The notes beneath the pieces were generated by a model, which saw only the letters and a list, made by a program, of their open reading frames with translations, made no database searches and was not told where the DNA came from. Position numbers and translations under genes: made by a program. Shown one piece after another: positions 28,218 to 38,331 of a DNA stretch of 64,000 nt. This DNA is from an uncultured Candidatus Saccharibacteria bacterium (GTDB taxonomy: Bacteria > Patescibacteriota > Minisyncoccia > Phycocordibacterales > UBA2100). Within the stretch, counting starts at the first letter, position 1, and each line of letters begins with the position of its first letter. The stretch is taken from NCBI GenBank assembly GCA_964512835.1, contig CAZELA010000003.1, positions 152,098-216,097 of the forward strand. The letters are read 5' to 3'.

Positions 28218-29978
28218 ATGAATACTAAATCACTCGTAGCCGGCGTTATTATCGCCTGCGCGCTCGCGACCCCGTTTGCGGCGTCGGCACTTTCGATCGA
28301 TGAACTGCAGCAGCAGATCAAGGACTTGCTCGCGAGGGTCGCGACACTACAGGTGCAGCTTAAGGAGCAGGCAGTGGCAACGACCACACAGTCGTCGTGG
28401 AGCGAATCGCGATCGAATCGCATTTGTACGCTTATCTCCAGAAATCTTTCACGCGGTCAGAGCGGAGACGATGTGAAGGGGCTGCAGGAATATCTCACGA
28501 GCGAAGGCTACCTGAACGCGACCGCGACCGGCTTTTTCGGCCCCGCGACCGCGCAGGCGCTCTCAAAATGGCAGACCAAGAACAATATTTCAGCGATCGG
28601 CTCATTCGGTCCTCTCTCTCGTGAACGCATCAAGCTATGGTGTGGTACCTCCGGCAATGCGCTCTTGCAGGTATCACCGCACAAAGGATCGGCGCCGCTC
28701 ACAGTGACCGTCACGTCGAAGACCGGCGATGCGAGCGACTACCGCCCGAGTATGGCTGACGGTCGCGACACAATGATCGATTTTGGTGACGGTAGTGAAC
28801 GGCAGTGGGTACACTGCGTGACCAACGGACAGGATATCTATCCGGCGCGATGTGCGACTCCGCAATCGTTCACTCACACCTACAGCGCGAACGGAACCTA
28901 CACGGTCTCGCTCGTGAAGAGCGGCGGAATGTGTATGGGCGGATGCAAGGACGAAACACTTGCAAAGGAGCAGGTTGTCGTGGGCGACGCGCCCGTTGCG
29001 TGCACGATGGACTACACGCCGGTGTGCGGCGCAAAGCAGGTCGTGTGCATCACGACTCCCTGCAATCCCGTGCCGACCACATACTCCAATCTCTGCGGCA
29101 TGAAAGCCGATAAGGCAACCTTGCTCTATGAGGGCGAGTGTAAGGACACGAGCACCAACCAGGGCTCACTCTCGGCGTCTCCGTCATCCGGTCAGGCGCC
29201 GCTTACTGCGTCGTTCATGTATCAACCTTCCGAAGAAAACGGCCAGTACTGGATCGAGTTCGGAGACGGCACCGGTCAGATTATGACGCTGCACCCTGTT
29301 CAGTGCGTCCGTGCACCGTGCATCTCGCCGGTCGGTGCAGACCATGCGTACACAAGCGCAGGTCACTATGAGATCTACGTTACGAAATACATCGCATGCA
29401 TGCACACCAATCCCCGCTGCATGATCGCCACCATTCCGCTCGCGAAAACATCCGTCGATGTCACGGGTTCCGCCGGCGGCGCCCCCGTTATTTCATCGTT
29501 TGCCGGTCCTGTGTCGCTCGCAGTGAACGAGATCGGCACCTGGAAGATCACCGCATCAGACCCGGAGAACGGAACGCTCAAGTACTCCATCATGTGGGGT
29601 GATGAATGGACCGCCTCCGACGCGGCAATGCGATTGATGGCTCCGCAGGCGAGTATCCAGCAGGACTCATCGTTCACGCACTCATACACGAATGCAGGTA
29701 ACTACACGGTCGCGCTCACGGTGACCGATTCCGACGGTAAGCAGGCACGCTCGACTGCAACAGTGCAGGTATCACCGACGGCATGCACCAAGGAATATCA
29801 GCCGGTGTGCGGACGGCCGACAGGATGTGCGAACACGTGCGCCGCCGGTATGTACTGCACGATGCAGTGCCAATTGTACTCGCCGCAAACATATTCGAAC
29901 CGCTGTGTCATGAACAATTCCAACGCCACGTTCATGCATGACGGCGCATGCACGGGAAATGAAGGGTATCTACAGTAA
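28218..29978 (+). CDS. secreted protein with peptidoglycan-binding, PKD-like and Kazal-like domains
   Basis: Signal peptide; PG_binding_1-like segment (GDDVKGLQEYL...FGPATAQALSKWQ); PKD-like repeats (SASPSSGQAPLTASF); two Cys-rich Y-PVCG...TYSN-C segments. Confidence 0.6.
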   Translation: MNTKSLVAGVIIACALATPFAASALSIDELQQQIKDLLARVATLQVQLKEQAVATTTQSSWSESRSNRICTLISRNLSRGQSGDDVKGLQEYLTSEGYLNATATGFFGPATAQALSKWQTKNNISAIGSFGPLSRERIKLWCGTSGNALLQVSPHKGSAPLTVTVTSKTGDASDYRPSMADGRDTMIDFGDGSERQWVHCVTNGQDIYPARCATPQSFTHTYSANGTYTVSLVKSGGMCMGGCKDETLAKEQVVVGDAPVACTMDYTPVCGAKQVVCITTPCNPVPTTYSNLCGMKADKATLLYEGECKDTSTNQGSLSASPSSGQAPLTASFMYQPSEENGQYWIEFGDGTGQIMTLHPVQCVRAPCISPVGADHAYTSAGHYEIYVTKYIACMHTNPRCMIATIPLAKTSVDVTGSAGGAPVISSFAGPVSLAVNEIGTWKITASDPENGTLKYSIMWGDEWTASDAAMRLMAPQASIQQDSSFTHSYTNAGNYTVALTVTDSDGKQARSTATVQVSPTACTKEYQPVCGRPTGCANTCAAGMYCTMQCQLYSPQTYSNRCVMNNSNATFMHDGACTGNEGYLQ

Positions 29979-30020
29979 CCGCTCGGTATATATAAAAACG
30001 ACCCCACAGAGGGGTCGTTT

Positions 30021-30383
30021 TTATTTGAGAGCCTCGATGATCTTTGCCGCGTTACCCGCAAAGTCACGTTTATCGCCGCCTGTTTCCTCGGGGTGAGGGA
30101 ACAGCCACACATGCGCATGGTGAACCTCGTCTCCCATGACACGCGAGCGCACGGACTCGTGGAATACGCTCTGTTGTGCCTTCGCGATTTTTTGCACGAC
30201 CTCAAAGTAGTGCCCGATCTGCGGGACGTCCCATACCCATCGGAAATGCTCCTTGGGAATGACCTGCACGTGTCCTGCCGCATGGGGATTAATGTCCATA
30301 AACGCGAGAAAGTGGTCGTCTTCGTATACGACGGTCGCCGGTATTTCTTTGCGTACGATCTTGCAAAACACGCAATCGTTCAT
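30021..30383 (-). CDS. HIT family hydrolase
   Basis: Histidine triad HHAHVWLFP; start refined to MNDCVFCKIV. Confidence 0.75.
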   Translation of the reverse strand: MNDCVFCKIVRKEIPATVVYEDDHFLAFMDINPHAAGHVQVIPKEHFRWVWDVPQIGHYFEVVQKIAKAQQSVFHESVRSRVMGDEVHHAHVWLFPHPEETGGDKRDFAGNAAKIIEALK

Positions 30384-30424
30384 GTCGAGAGTGTACACCG
30401 AGCTTTGCGCGATACAATGCCCCC

Positions 30425-32104
30425 ATGCAAACCGCTGAAATGGAATTGAGTGAAGCGGTTCGTTCACTCCTGAAGCGTCGAGGTGTCGAGTCCGAGCCCG
30501 ACATCCGTGCGTTTCTGCAGCCGGATTACGATGCTCACACCCACGCGCCCGAGCTCATTGCAGATATGGGTGTCGCGACCGCGCGTGTGATCGCCGCGAT
30601 AGAGGCGGGGGAGCGTATCGCCGTGTACGCCGATTTCGATTGCGACGGCATCCCCGGTGCATCGGTTCTGAGCGATTTTTTCGAGAAGATCGGCTACGAC
30701 AATGTGCGGGTTTACATTCCGCATCGCGATCGAGAGGGGTACGGATTTCATGAGGCAGCGATTACCGAGCTCGCCAAAGACGGCGTGAAGCTCATCATCA
30801 CGGTCGACGTGGGCACCAACGCGTTCGATGCCGTCGCGCACGCGGGTTCACTCGGGGTGGATGTCATAGTTACCGACCATCATGAATTGATCGGCGACTT
30901 GCCGCGTGCGGTTGCCGTGCTGAATCCGAAGCGCGAAGCGTATCCGTTCCCGAACCTGTGCGGTGCGGCCATGGCGTTCAAGCTTGTGCAGGCGACGCTC
31001 CGCGAAGGGAAGCGTCGGGGCATCGAGCGATTTGCAGCGGTACAGGAGGGATGGGAAAAATGGTTGCTCGATCTTGTTGCGATCGCAACGATCGCCGATA
31101 TGGTGCCGCTTGTCGGCGAGAACCGAGTCCTTGCACACTGGGGGCTGCAGGTCCTGCGCAAGTCGCCGCGCCCGGGCATAACAGCTCTCGTGATTAAGCT
31201 CCGTCTCAGAAAGGCAGAGCTCTCCGAGGAAGACATCGGATTCTCGATCGGTCCCCGCATTAATGCCGCATCGCGCATGGGCACGCCGGAACTGGCGTTC
31301 CGACTGCTCACAACAAAAGACCACGCGGAAGCCGATGCGATAGCGGGAGAGCTTGAAAAGTTGAACGCATCCCGTAAGGGTGTCGTGGCGGGAATTGTCC
31401 GCGAGATTAAGAAGCGCGCAAAGGAGCGCTACACCGAAGCGGATACTGTCGTGGTCATGGGAAATCCTGAGTGGAAACCGTCGCTGCTTGGCCTTGCTGC
31501 AAACTCGATCATGAACGATCGAGGCGGTGTCGTGTGTTTGTGGGGTCGCGACGGCAATGGAAATATAAAAGGATCGTGCCGCTCCGACGGATCGGTTTCC
31601 GTAGTCGCCCTCTTCACCGCGGCGAAAGATTCATTCGCCGAATTCGGCGGCCACTCCGCCTCCGGAGGATTTTCGGTCGTCCCGGAAAAGGTGCACACGC
31701 TCCAGGAGGACCTCGCCGCCGCCGCCGAAACGATCGAACGGGTGCAGCAGACGCGTGAGACGGTCGCTGATCTCAATATTACGTTGCCGGAAGTCTCGTG
31801 GGCGCTATTTCGTGACCTTGGTCGTCTTGCACCGTTCGGTATCGGAAATCCGAAACCGATCATTCGTATTAATAGGGCAAAAGTCGTCAGTCTGAAACGT
31901 TTCGGCAAGGAACAGAATCATGTCGAAGTGCAGCTGACATGTCTCGATTCCGGGTGGACCGCGCGGGCGTATGATTTTTTTCGTGGCCCGTCAGATTTTA
32001 CCCATGAACCGACACCCGACACGCCCACAACGCCGCTCGCAACGATAGAAAAGGACTCATTCCGGGGCGGTCTTGCGCTGCGGCTCGTCGACATGCTGCC
32101 GTAA
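30425..32104 (+). CDS. recJ: single-stranded-DNA-specific exonuclease RecJ
   Basis: DHH motifs (DFDCDG, DHH) followed by a DHHA1 domain in a 559-aa protein. Confidence 0.85.
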   Translation: MQTAEMELSEAVRSLLKRRGVESEPDIRAFLQPDYDAHTHAPELIADMGVATARVIAAIEAGERIAVYADFDCDGIPGASVLSDFFEKIGYDNVRVYIPHRDREGYGFHEAAITELAKDGVKLIITVDVGTNAFDAVAHAGSLGVDVIVTDHHELIGDLPRAVAVLNPKREAYPFPNLCGAAMAFKLVQATLREGKRRGIERFAAVQEGWEKWLLDLVAIATIADMVPLVGENRVLAHWGLQVLRKSPRPGITALVIKLRLRKAELSEEDIGFSIGPRINAASRMGTPELAFRLLTTKDHAEADAIAGELEKLNASRKGVVAGIVREIKKRAKERYTEADTVVVMGNPEWKPSLLGLAANSIMNDRGGVVCLWGRDGNGNIKGSCRSDGSVSVVALFTAAKDSFAEFGGHSASGGFSVVPEKVHTLQEDLAAAAETIERVQQTRETVADLNITLPEVSWALFRDLGRLAPFGIGNPKPIIRINRAKVVSLKRFGKEQNHVEVQLTCLDSGWTARAYDFFRGPSDFTHEPTPDTPTTPLATIEKDSFRGGLALRLVDMLP

Positions 32105-32168
32105 ACGGCAGGCGACACATCTCCACAGGGTGCCTTCCGCAAAGTCTCCGGCGTGCTAGCGTTTAGGT

Positions 32169-32810
32169 ATGAATACTATTTCAGTGCAGGACGCGCTTCG
32201 TTACGGGTGGGACACCTTTAAGAAGCGCCCCGGTTTCTTTATCGGTGTAACCCTTATCATTTTTCTCGTATCGTGGCTGACGGGATTCATTATCAGCATG
32301 GTCGGGTTAAAGGATAACTTCATCGGTAGTATCGTGAATCTCCTCGTGACCACACTCCTCGACCTCGGCGTTGTTGCAACGATGCTGAAGGTCTACGATG
32401 CTCCGGAAAGCGCCACAATCAATGATCTCTGGCACCCGAGTCAGTATCTTCCGTACCTTGGTGCGACACTGTTGACCGCGATCATCGTCGTGATCGGTCT
32501 GATTCTCCTTATTGTGCCGGGAGTTATCGCTGCGATGATGCTTCTCTTTGTAAAGTTCATCGTCGTCGACCGAAAGATGGGTCCGATCGAAGCACTGAAA
32601 GAAAGCGTGCGCATGACCAAGGGTCATCGCATGACCCTCTTCCTCCTTGTGCTGCTCATTGCAGTTATTAATATCATCGGCGCGATCCTGCTTTTGGTCC
32701 CGCTCCTCGTAACAATCCCGGTATCGACGCTTGCGATGGTGTACGCCTACCGCAAGATCGGTCACGCAGCGAGCGAAGTCGTCCCGGCTGCCGCTCCCGC
32801 AACTCACTAA
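32169..32810 (+). CDS. hypothetical polytopic membrane protein
   Basis: Several TM helices; followed by a terminator at 32822-32850. Confidence 0.5.
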   Translation: MNTISVQDALRYGWDTFKKRPGFFIGVTLIIFLVSWLTGFIISMVGLKDNFIGSIVNLLVTTLLDLGVVATMLKVYDAPESATINDLWHPSQYLPYLGATLLTAIIVVIGLILLIVPGVIAAMMLLFVKFIVVDRKMGPIEALKESVRMTKGHRMTLFLLVLLIAVINIIGAILLLVPLLVTIPVSTLAMVYAYRKIGHAASEVVPAAAPATH

Positions 32811-32854
32811 CGTTTCCAACGAAAAACCCCGGCAAGCGCCGGGGTTTTTCATGT

Positions 32855-33277
32855 ATGATGTCCGCCATGGAGAAACTCGTTATCTATACCGACGGTGGCG
32901 CGCGCGGCAATCCGGGCCCCGCCGGAGCAGGTGCAATCGTCTATGAGGGAGACACGACCGTCTTGGAGTACAAGAAATATCTGGGCGATAAACAAACCAA
33001 CAATTTCGCAGAGTACGAAGCGGTCGCGCTTGTGCTTGCGGAGCTGAAAGCACAAGGGTTTGCGGGGCGGGCAGTGGAAGTCCGTATGGATAGTAAGCTC
33101 GTCGTCGAACAGATTTCCGGCAATTGGAAGATCAAAGAACCGACATTGAAGCCTCAAGCGGCAAAAGTACACGCGTTACTGAAAGACTTCGCATCGTTTC
33201 AATTTACCTACGTGCCGCGCGAACAGAACAAAGAAGCCGATCGTCTTGTGAACGAAGCGCTCGACGAGGCGCTGTGA
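32855..33277 (+). CDS. rnhA: ribonuclease HI
   Basis: RNase H fold motifs (YTDGGARGNPGPAG, EYEA, the D..D contexts). Confidence 0.85.
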   Translation: MMSAMEKLVIYTDGGARGNPGPAGAGAIVYEGDTTVLEYKKYLGDKQTNNFAEYEAVALVLAELKAQGFAGRAVEVRMDSKLVVEQISGNWKIKEPTLKPQAAKVHALLKDFASFQFTYVPREQNKEADRLVNEALDEAL

Positions 33278-33369
33278 TCTGCCCGTGAGCGGGTTGATAA
33301 GGAGCCTACGACGCTATACAGTGCCGCGAGGATCGTTCGAGTGAACGGTCTGCAACGGGAGGGTACCGA

Positions 33370-33822
33370 ATGAGCGGACAACTTCGTATTGACCAAGCAG
33401 CCCGGCTGAAAGCTGCGTCGCTTGCTGAGCGTTTGGAAGCGATCGGCATTGTCGTGCCCGATCAGGCACAGGCGGAGCGCATGAAGCATGCAATGCTCCT
33501 CGGCCTGCCGCTCGGCTCGTCGTGGTTTCGCATGCGGTATGCGTATCTGCGCAAGATCGCCGTAACGTTCAACGCGACGATGTACCGCGAATTCCAATGG
33601 GACGAATTCTGCAAGGATACGTGGCGCAACTACGGCGGCTATCCGCCGGCCGTTGTGCACGAGACCTCGGAGAAGGTCGCGCGGTTTCTGCCCGATGTGC
33701 AACGTCTCGTCCACGCGACGCACGATGATCCGTGGCTGGTCGTTTCCGACGGCAACGAGTCCGTCATTCTGCACGGATGGTTCCGCGCTCGTCGCGAAGA
33801 CGACGCGCATCTCGTTCTTTGA
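33370..33822 (+). CDS. hypothetical protein
   Basis: 150-aa ORF followed by the terminator hairpin at 33843-33872. Confidence 0.35.
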   Translation: MSGQLRIDQAARLKAASLAERLEAIGIVVPDQAQAERMKHAMLLGLPLGSSWFRMRYAYLRKIAVTFNATMYREFQWDEFCKDTWRNYGGYPPAVVHETSEKVARFLPDVQRLVHATHDDPWLVVSDGNESVILHGWFRARREDDAHLVL

Positions 33823-33842
33823 TTGCTCACGCAGTCACATCA

Positions 33843-33872
33843 ATGCCCCGGGTCTCCCGGGGCATTCTTTTT
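33843..33872 (+). terminator. rho-independent terminator
   Basis: GCCCCGGG-TCT-CCCGGGGC hairpin followed by ATTCTTTTT. Confidence 0.6.
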
Positions 33873-33886
33873 GCTACTGTGAATAC

Positions 33887-35368
33887 ATGCTCACGCGTAT
33901 CGCGGTGGCCGGCGTCATCGGGTTCCTTGCAGGAGTGTGGTACGCATCGGTTATTCCGGTAGCAGTACCCGTTGTCATGGCGCTCCTGCTGTGCGCATGT
34001 GTGTTTTTGTTTGTGTCGTGGAAAGTGCCGCACGACCGCAGAGCGCTCCCGGTTGTTGTGTGTTTGTGTGCGGCAGTATGCGGAATGGCTCGCCTTGAGC
34101 TTGCACGGCTGCACCCGACGCCTGACCTCTCAGCGCGACTCAATACCACAGTCCGTCTTGAGGGAACGATCATCGCCGAGCCCGACGTCCGCGAACGCAG
34201 CACTCGCTTGTTTATGGACGTTACCGCCGTCGATGGCGTGCCTGCGGCACTGAGAGTTCTCGTGAACGCCCCCTCATTCTCGCGAACTACATACGGCGAC
34301 CGTATTTCGGTTGCGGGAACACTCCGTGAGCCGGAACCGTTCGAAAGCGGTGAAGGTCGTGCGTTCAACTATCCGATGTTCCTCGCGGTACGGGGCGTCT
34401 CATACGAAGTTGCCTTTGCAGAGATTGCCGTCGTGGGGCACGGGGGTAACCCGCTCATCACGGGCGCATTGGTCGTGAAGGCAGCGTATATCCACGGACT
34501 GCAGTCTGTGTTGCCCGAACCGTATGCGGGGTTGGCAGCGGGCATCACGGCGGGCGATAAGCGGTCGGTCGGAGTCGAGTTGTCGGAAACATTCCGCCGT
34601 GTCTCGCTTGTTCATATTCTCGTACTGTCCGGCTATAACATCACGGTCGTGATGAGTGTGCTTATGCGGCTGAACACCGGCATGTCTCGATTCGGTAGGC
34701 TTGCGGTCGCGTTGCTCACTATCATCTTTTTCATACTGATTTCCGGTGGGGCAGCGAGTTCGGTACGTGCGGGTGCGATGGCGTTTGCGGCGGCATTCGC
34801 GAATCAGTTCGGCAGGCAATTCGTGGCGTTGCGCGTGCTCGCTGCGGTCGTGCTGGCGATGGTCATCTGGAACCCGCTCATCCTCGCATTCGATCCGGGA
34901 TTCCAATTATCAGTTCTGGCCACGCTTGGACTTGTGCTGTTCGGTAACGACCTCAGCGGATATCTACGTGGTGTGACAGAACACTTTGCGCTGCGTGAAA
35001 TACTCGCATCGTCGATCGCAACGCAAGTCGCCGTGCTTCCGCTTTTGCTCTATCAAAACGGACTCCTTAGTTTGGTGGCTTTGCCTGCTAATATTTTCGC
35101 GCTCGTCGCAGTGCCGCTTGCAATGGCATTCTCCGCGATCGCAGCGTGTATCGGTATCGTACTCGGGACGTGGGGGACCGTTCTTGCGCTTCCGGCGTTC
35201 ATGCTGCTGCGATACATCGTGTTTGTTGCCGAAACCTTGGCGCGACTGCCGTTTGCTACCGTTACAATACCTGCGTTTAACGCGTATATACTTTTTCTCG
35301 TGTACGGATGTCTCGCGTGCGCCGCGTACATGTGTCACCGTCTCTCCATAATCAAAACGACCCCGTAA
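33887..35368 (+). CDS. comEC: ComEC/Rec2 N-terminal part (DUF4131 plus competence channel domain)
   Basis: Polytopic membrane protein with the competence-domain motif HILVLSGYNITVV; the track ORF start at 33653 overlaps the upstream gene and terminator, so start refined to MLTRIAVAG. Confidence 0.75.
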   Translation: MLTRIAVAGVIGFLAGVWYASVIPVAVPVVMALLLCACVFLFVSWKVPHDRRALPVVVCLCAAVCGMARLELARLHPTPDLSARLNTTVRLEGTIIAEPDVRERSTRLFMDVTAVDGVPAALRVLVNAPSFSRTTYGDRISVAGTLREPEPFESGEGRAFNYPMFLAVRGVSYEVAFAEIAVVGHGGNPLITGALVVKAAYIHGLQSVLPEPYAGLAAGITAGDKRSVGVELSETFRRVSLVHILVLSGYNITVVMSVLMRLNTGMSRFGRLAVALLTIIFFILISGGAASSVRAGAMAFAAAFANQFGRQFVALRVLAAVVLAMVIWNPLILAFDPGFQLSVLATLGLVLFGNDLSGYLRGVTEHFALREILASSIATQVAVLPLLLYQNGLLSLVALPANIFALVAVPLAMAFSAIAACIGIVLGTWGTVLALPAFMLLRYIVFVAETLARLPFATVTIPAFNAYILFLVYGCLACAAYMCHRLSIIKTTP

Positions 35369-35396
35369 AGGGGTCGTTTTGATTTAGAGCGCTTGA

Positions 35397-35849
35397 TTAC
35401 ATCGAGGCGGGAGCCATCGGTGCCTTGCGCTGCAGCCACCAGCCGACGATCGCCGACGGGATGACCCAGTAGCCCAAGAGAATGAGAGTGGACCAGCTCA
35501 TGAGGAACGGTCCGAAGTTCGGGATGATCCCGAACATCTGCGAGATGGAGCCGGTCTGCGCGAGCACGCCGGTGACACCGGTCACGAAAGCGGTGACGAT
35601 CGACACCACGAAGGCGATGACGCCGAAGATGATGCCTGCACGCATCGCGCGCGAAGCCGACACATGCATGATCGTCCACCACGCAAAGAGTGCCGCGAAG
35701 ATCATCGCGAGGATGACATATGCGACGTACTGCGGCGTGAAGACGCTCGTCGAGGACGATGACGGGATGAGTGCGACGATAGCCGCGACTACGTTATTGA
35801 TAAGGTAGTTGCCGATAAAGGCAACCAGGATCGATCGTTCAAGATTCAT
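35397..35849 (-). CDS. hypothetical membrane protein
   Basis: Four predicted TM helices; convergent with comEC-N at a shared hairpin. Confidence 0.45.
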   Translation of the reverse strand: MNLERSILVAFIGNYLINNVVAAIVALIPSSSSTSVFTPQYVAYVILAMIFAALFAWWTIMHVSASRAMRAGIIFGVIAFVVSIVTAFVTGVTGVLAQTGSISQMFGIIPNFGPFLMSWSTLILLGYWVIPSAIVGWWLQRKAPMAPASM

Positions 35850-35904
35850 AATCGAGGATAATTTTTATAGATCCGTGACCAATGCTAATAGCGTAAGCGT
35901 ATCG

Positions 35905-36492
35905 TTACTTACTTGCCTCTGCAAACCGCTTTTCCACTACCCCCCAGTTGAGATTTGCGAAGAATGCGTCGATGTATTTGCCCTTTCCCTGGGCCCCGTA
36001 GTCCAAAAGGAATGCGTGTTCCCACACGTCGAGAGCCAGAATGACCGGGAGGGTCGCGAAATGGCCCTGATGCTGTTCACCGGAGAAGCCTGCGAGTATC
36101 TGTTTACCGACCGGGTCCCAGTACAGAAGCGCCCATCCCGGACCGCGCATCATGCCGATCGCCTTGAGGTAGGGAACAAGGTGAGCGGGATCTTTGTATT
36201 CCGTCGTCAGTGCGTCTTTGAGCGGACCGTCCGATAGCCCCGTTGCGCCGCCTTCGAACTGAGAAAAATAGATCTCGTGCAGTCGCATGCCGCCGAATTC
36301 GAATGACCGTCGGCGAATGAGCTCCGACAGTGCGTGTGCATGTTTTTCGCTGTCCTGCGCATATTCCGGGAGTAGCGCGGAGATTGCGTTGAAGTTCTTT
36401 ACGTAGCCTGCGTACAGCCCCAGGTGCTCCTCGACGGATTTTTCCGAGATACCCTCGAGCTTCGGAATGGTGAATGTTTTTGCCTCGTACAT
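35905..36492 (-). CDS. sodA: Fe/Mn superoxide dismutase
   Basis: DVWEHAFLLDY signature and N-terminal helical domain. Confidence 0.9.
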   Translation of the reverse strand: MYEAKTFTIPKLEGISEKSVEEHLGLYAGYVKNFNAISALLPEYAQDSEKHAHALSELIRRRSFEFGGMRLHEIYFSQFEGGATGLSDGPLKDALTTEYKDPAHLVPYLKAIGMMRGPGWALLYWDPVGKQILAGFSGEQHQGHFATLPVILALDVWEHAFLLDYGAQGKGKYIDAFFANLNWGVVEKRFAEASK

Positions 36493-36574
36493 ATGAGTGA
36501 GTGCTTATGTAATGCAGGGAGTATACCACCGGCACTCATGAAGAGACGGTGACAGGTCATGACATACTTTTGCG

Positions 36575-37438
36575 ATGACTCGCAGCATGCGCATCACACT
36601 CGCGGCCATTATTGTTTTGTCGATGCTTTCGGCGGGGATTTGGTACGCGGTGTACGAGCAACCCCGCAGGGAAGATTTAACCGTCTCCTTTCTCGATGTG
36701 GGACAGGGCGATGCGGTATTTATTCAGTCTCCGACAGGGCAACAGATTCTCATTGACGGGGGACCCGGCAGTCGGATTCTGCGCATGCTTCCGACCGTGA
36801 TGCCCTGGTATGACCGCTCGCTCGATCTGGTCGTGGGCACACATGCGGATTTGGATCATATCGGCGGATTGATTGAACTATTGCCCCGGTATCGCGTGAG
36901 TTTTGCGTTGGTGCCGAGTACGATGGGCGAAAGCGATGCGTGGCGTACCTATCTTGAGGAGCTGAAAGCGGAAGAACGCTCGGGTGCGCGTGTCTATCAG
37001 GCGAAGCGCGGCGAGCACATCGACATCGGCGGCGGTGCGTACGTGGATGTGTTGTTTCCGGACCGCGACGTGCCGGATCTTGAAACAAACACCGGCTGTG
37101 TCGTCGCTCGGCTCGTGTACGGGGAGACGGCTTTCATGCTCTCGTGTGATGCACCGAGTGCTATCGAGCAGTATCTGGCGCTACTCGACGGTACAAACCT
37201 CAAGGCGAATGTGCTGAAAGCCGGGCACCACGGTTCAAAGACGTCCTCGCATCCGCTTTTCGTCGGACTTGTCGATCCGGAGTACGCGGTCTTTTCGCGC
37301 GGCTGCGACAACACCTACGGACATCCGTCGCAACAGACAATCGATACGTTTGAGCGATTTAATATTCCAACCCTCGATACGTGCACTGACGGAACAGTTA
37401 CGTTTGTATCCGACGGGCATACTGTGGCGCGCAAATAA
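36575..37438 (+). CDS. membrane-anchored ComEC-type metallo-beta-lactamase-fold protein
   Basis: N-terminal TM helix followed by an MBL fold (FLDVGQGDAVFIQSP, HADLDHIGG, GHHGS). Confidence 0.8.
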   Translation: MTRSMRITLAAIIVLSMLSAGIWYAVYEQPRREDLTVSFLDVGQGDAVFIQSPTGQQILIDGGPGSRILRMLPTVMPWYDRSLDLVVGTHADLDHIGGLIELLPRYRVSFALVPSTMGESDAWRTYLEELKAEERSGARVYQAKRGEHIDIGGGAYVDVLFPDRDVPDLETNTGCVVARLVYGETAFMLSCDAPSAIEQYLALLDGTNLKANVLKAGHHGSKTSSHPLFVGLVDPEYAVFSRGCDNTYGHPSQQTIDTFERFNIPTLDTCTDGTVTFVSDGHTVARK

Positions 37439-37500
37439 AAGGCCCCGGGGAACCCGGGGCTTTCGTTTTTTTGCTGATTGCTTGGACGGACCGTTCGTCC

Positions 37501-37995
37501 TTATCGGGCAGGGATCATAAGCGACGGACAGCGTGACGCCCACGGCTTCTGTGCCACGAACGATCGTACGAGCTTGTTGTCGAAGTAGAAGTACGCGATG
37601 TAGATGCGATTGTCCAAGGTGGAACGCATTCGCGTCGACGTCATGATCCGCACCGGTTCACCGGATACTCGCGCCAAGCACGATGGCGGGACCGTAGAGG
37701 GGTACCGGTCGAACACGTCTGCAATACTGATACCAAGCATGACTCCGCGCTTCGTGAGCGCGCGACGCTGGGAGTTAAGTAGTACAGATCGCGGATATGC
37801 GAGTTGCAGTGTCTCGGGGTCCACGTGTTGTACGGCCGGTGCGCGCCGGTCGATCGGGTCGATCGCGACGAAGCCTTTATAGTCCGAGCACGACGCAAGT
37901 GTCTGTTCGTCGGAGCAGATAGGGTAGAGCATGTCGGCCTCCTTGTCGGCGTTTGAGCTAGAGCAAGTGATATACCGGCGGACGTGGTGAGTCAA
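37501..37995 (-). CDS. hypothetical protein
   Basis: 164-aa ORF with no recognisable motifs. Confidence 0.3.
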   Translation of the reverse strand: MTHHVRRYITCSSSNADKEADMLYPICSDEQTLASCSDYKGFVAIDPIDRRAPAVQHVDPETLQLAYPRSVLLNSQRRALTKRGVMLGISIADVFDRYPSTVPPSCLARVSGEPVRIMTSTRMRSTLDNRIYIAYFYFDNKLVRSFVAQKPWASRCPSLMIPAR

Positions 37996-38040
37996 TCAAT
38001 AAAAAAATGCCCGGGTTTCCCCGGACATTTTGTTTTTCTT

Positions 38041-38283
38041 TTATACGAGCCCTGCCTTTTTGAGGGTGATGAAGGCTCCTCGCTTCTTCATCGTCTTGAG
38101 GCCCTTTGCCGAGACGCGAACGGTGACCTTTTTGTTGAGCTCCGGGACGAAGAGGGTCTTGGTCTGGAGGTTTACCTGGCGGCGTCGCTTGCCCGTCGGG
38201 TTGAACTTGGTAGCACGAACACGGTTGGAGTAACCGCCTCCGACCTGAGAAGTTGCACCTGTGATTGCGCAGACCTTTGCCAT
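38041..38283 (-). CDS. rpmB: 50S ribosomal protein L28
   Basis: MAKVCAITG start and basic L28-like sequence; terminator on the minus strand at ~38005-38040. Confidence 0.75.
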   Translation of the reverse strand: MAKVCAITGATSQVGGGYSNRVRATKFNPTGKRRRQVNLQTKTLFVPELNKKVTVRVSAKGLKTMKKRGAFITLKKAGLV

Positions 38284-38331
38284 AAGTTCGCGCACTGTAG
38301 CGTGGGGAGCGGAAAATGTCAAAAACCGAAA

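Noticed and set aside
33653-33886. N-terminal 78-aa extension of the ComEC ORF
   Set aside because: It overlaps the preceding gene and its terminator hairpin. The hydrophobic ComEC N-terminus begins at the ATG at 33887.
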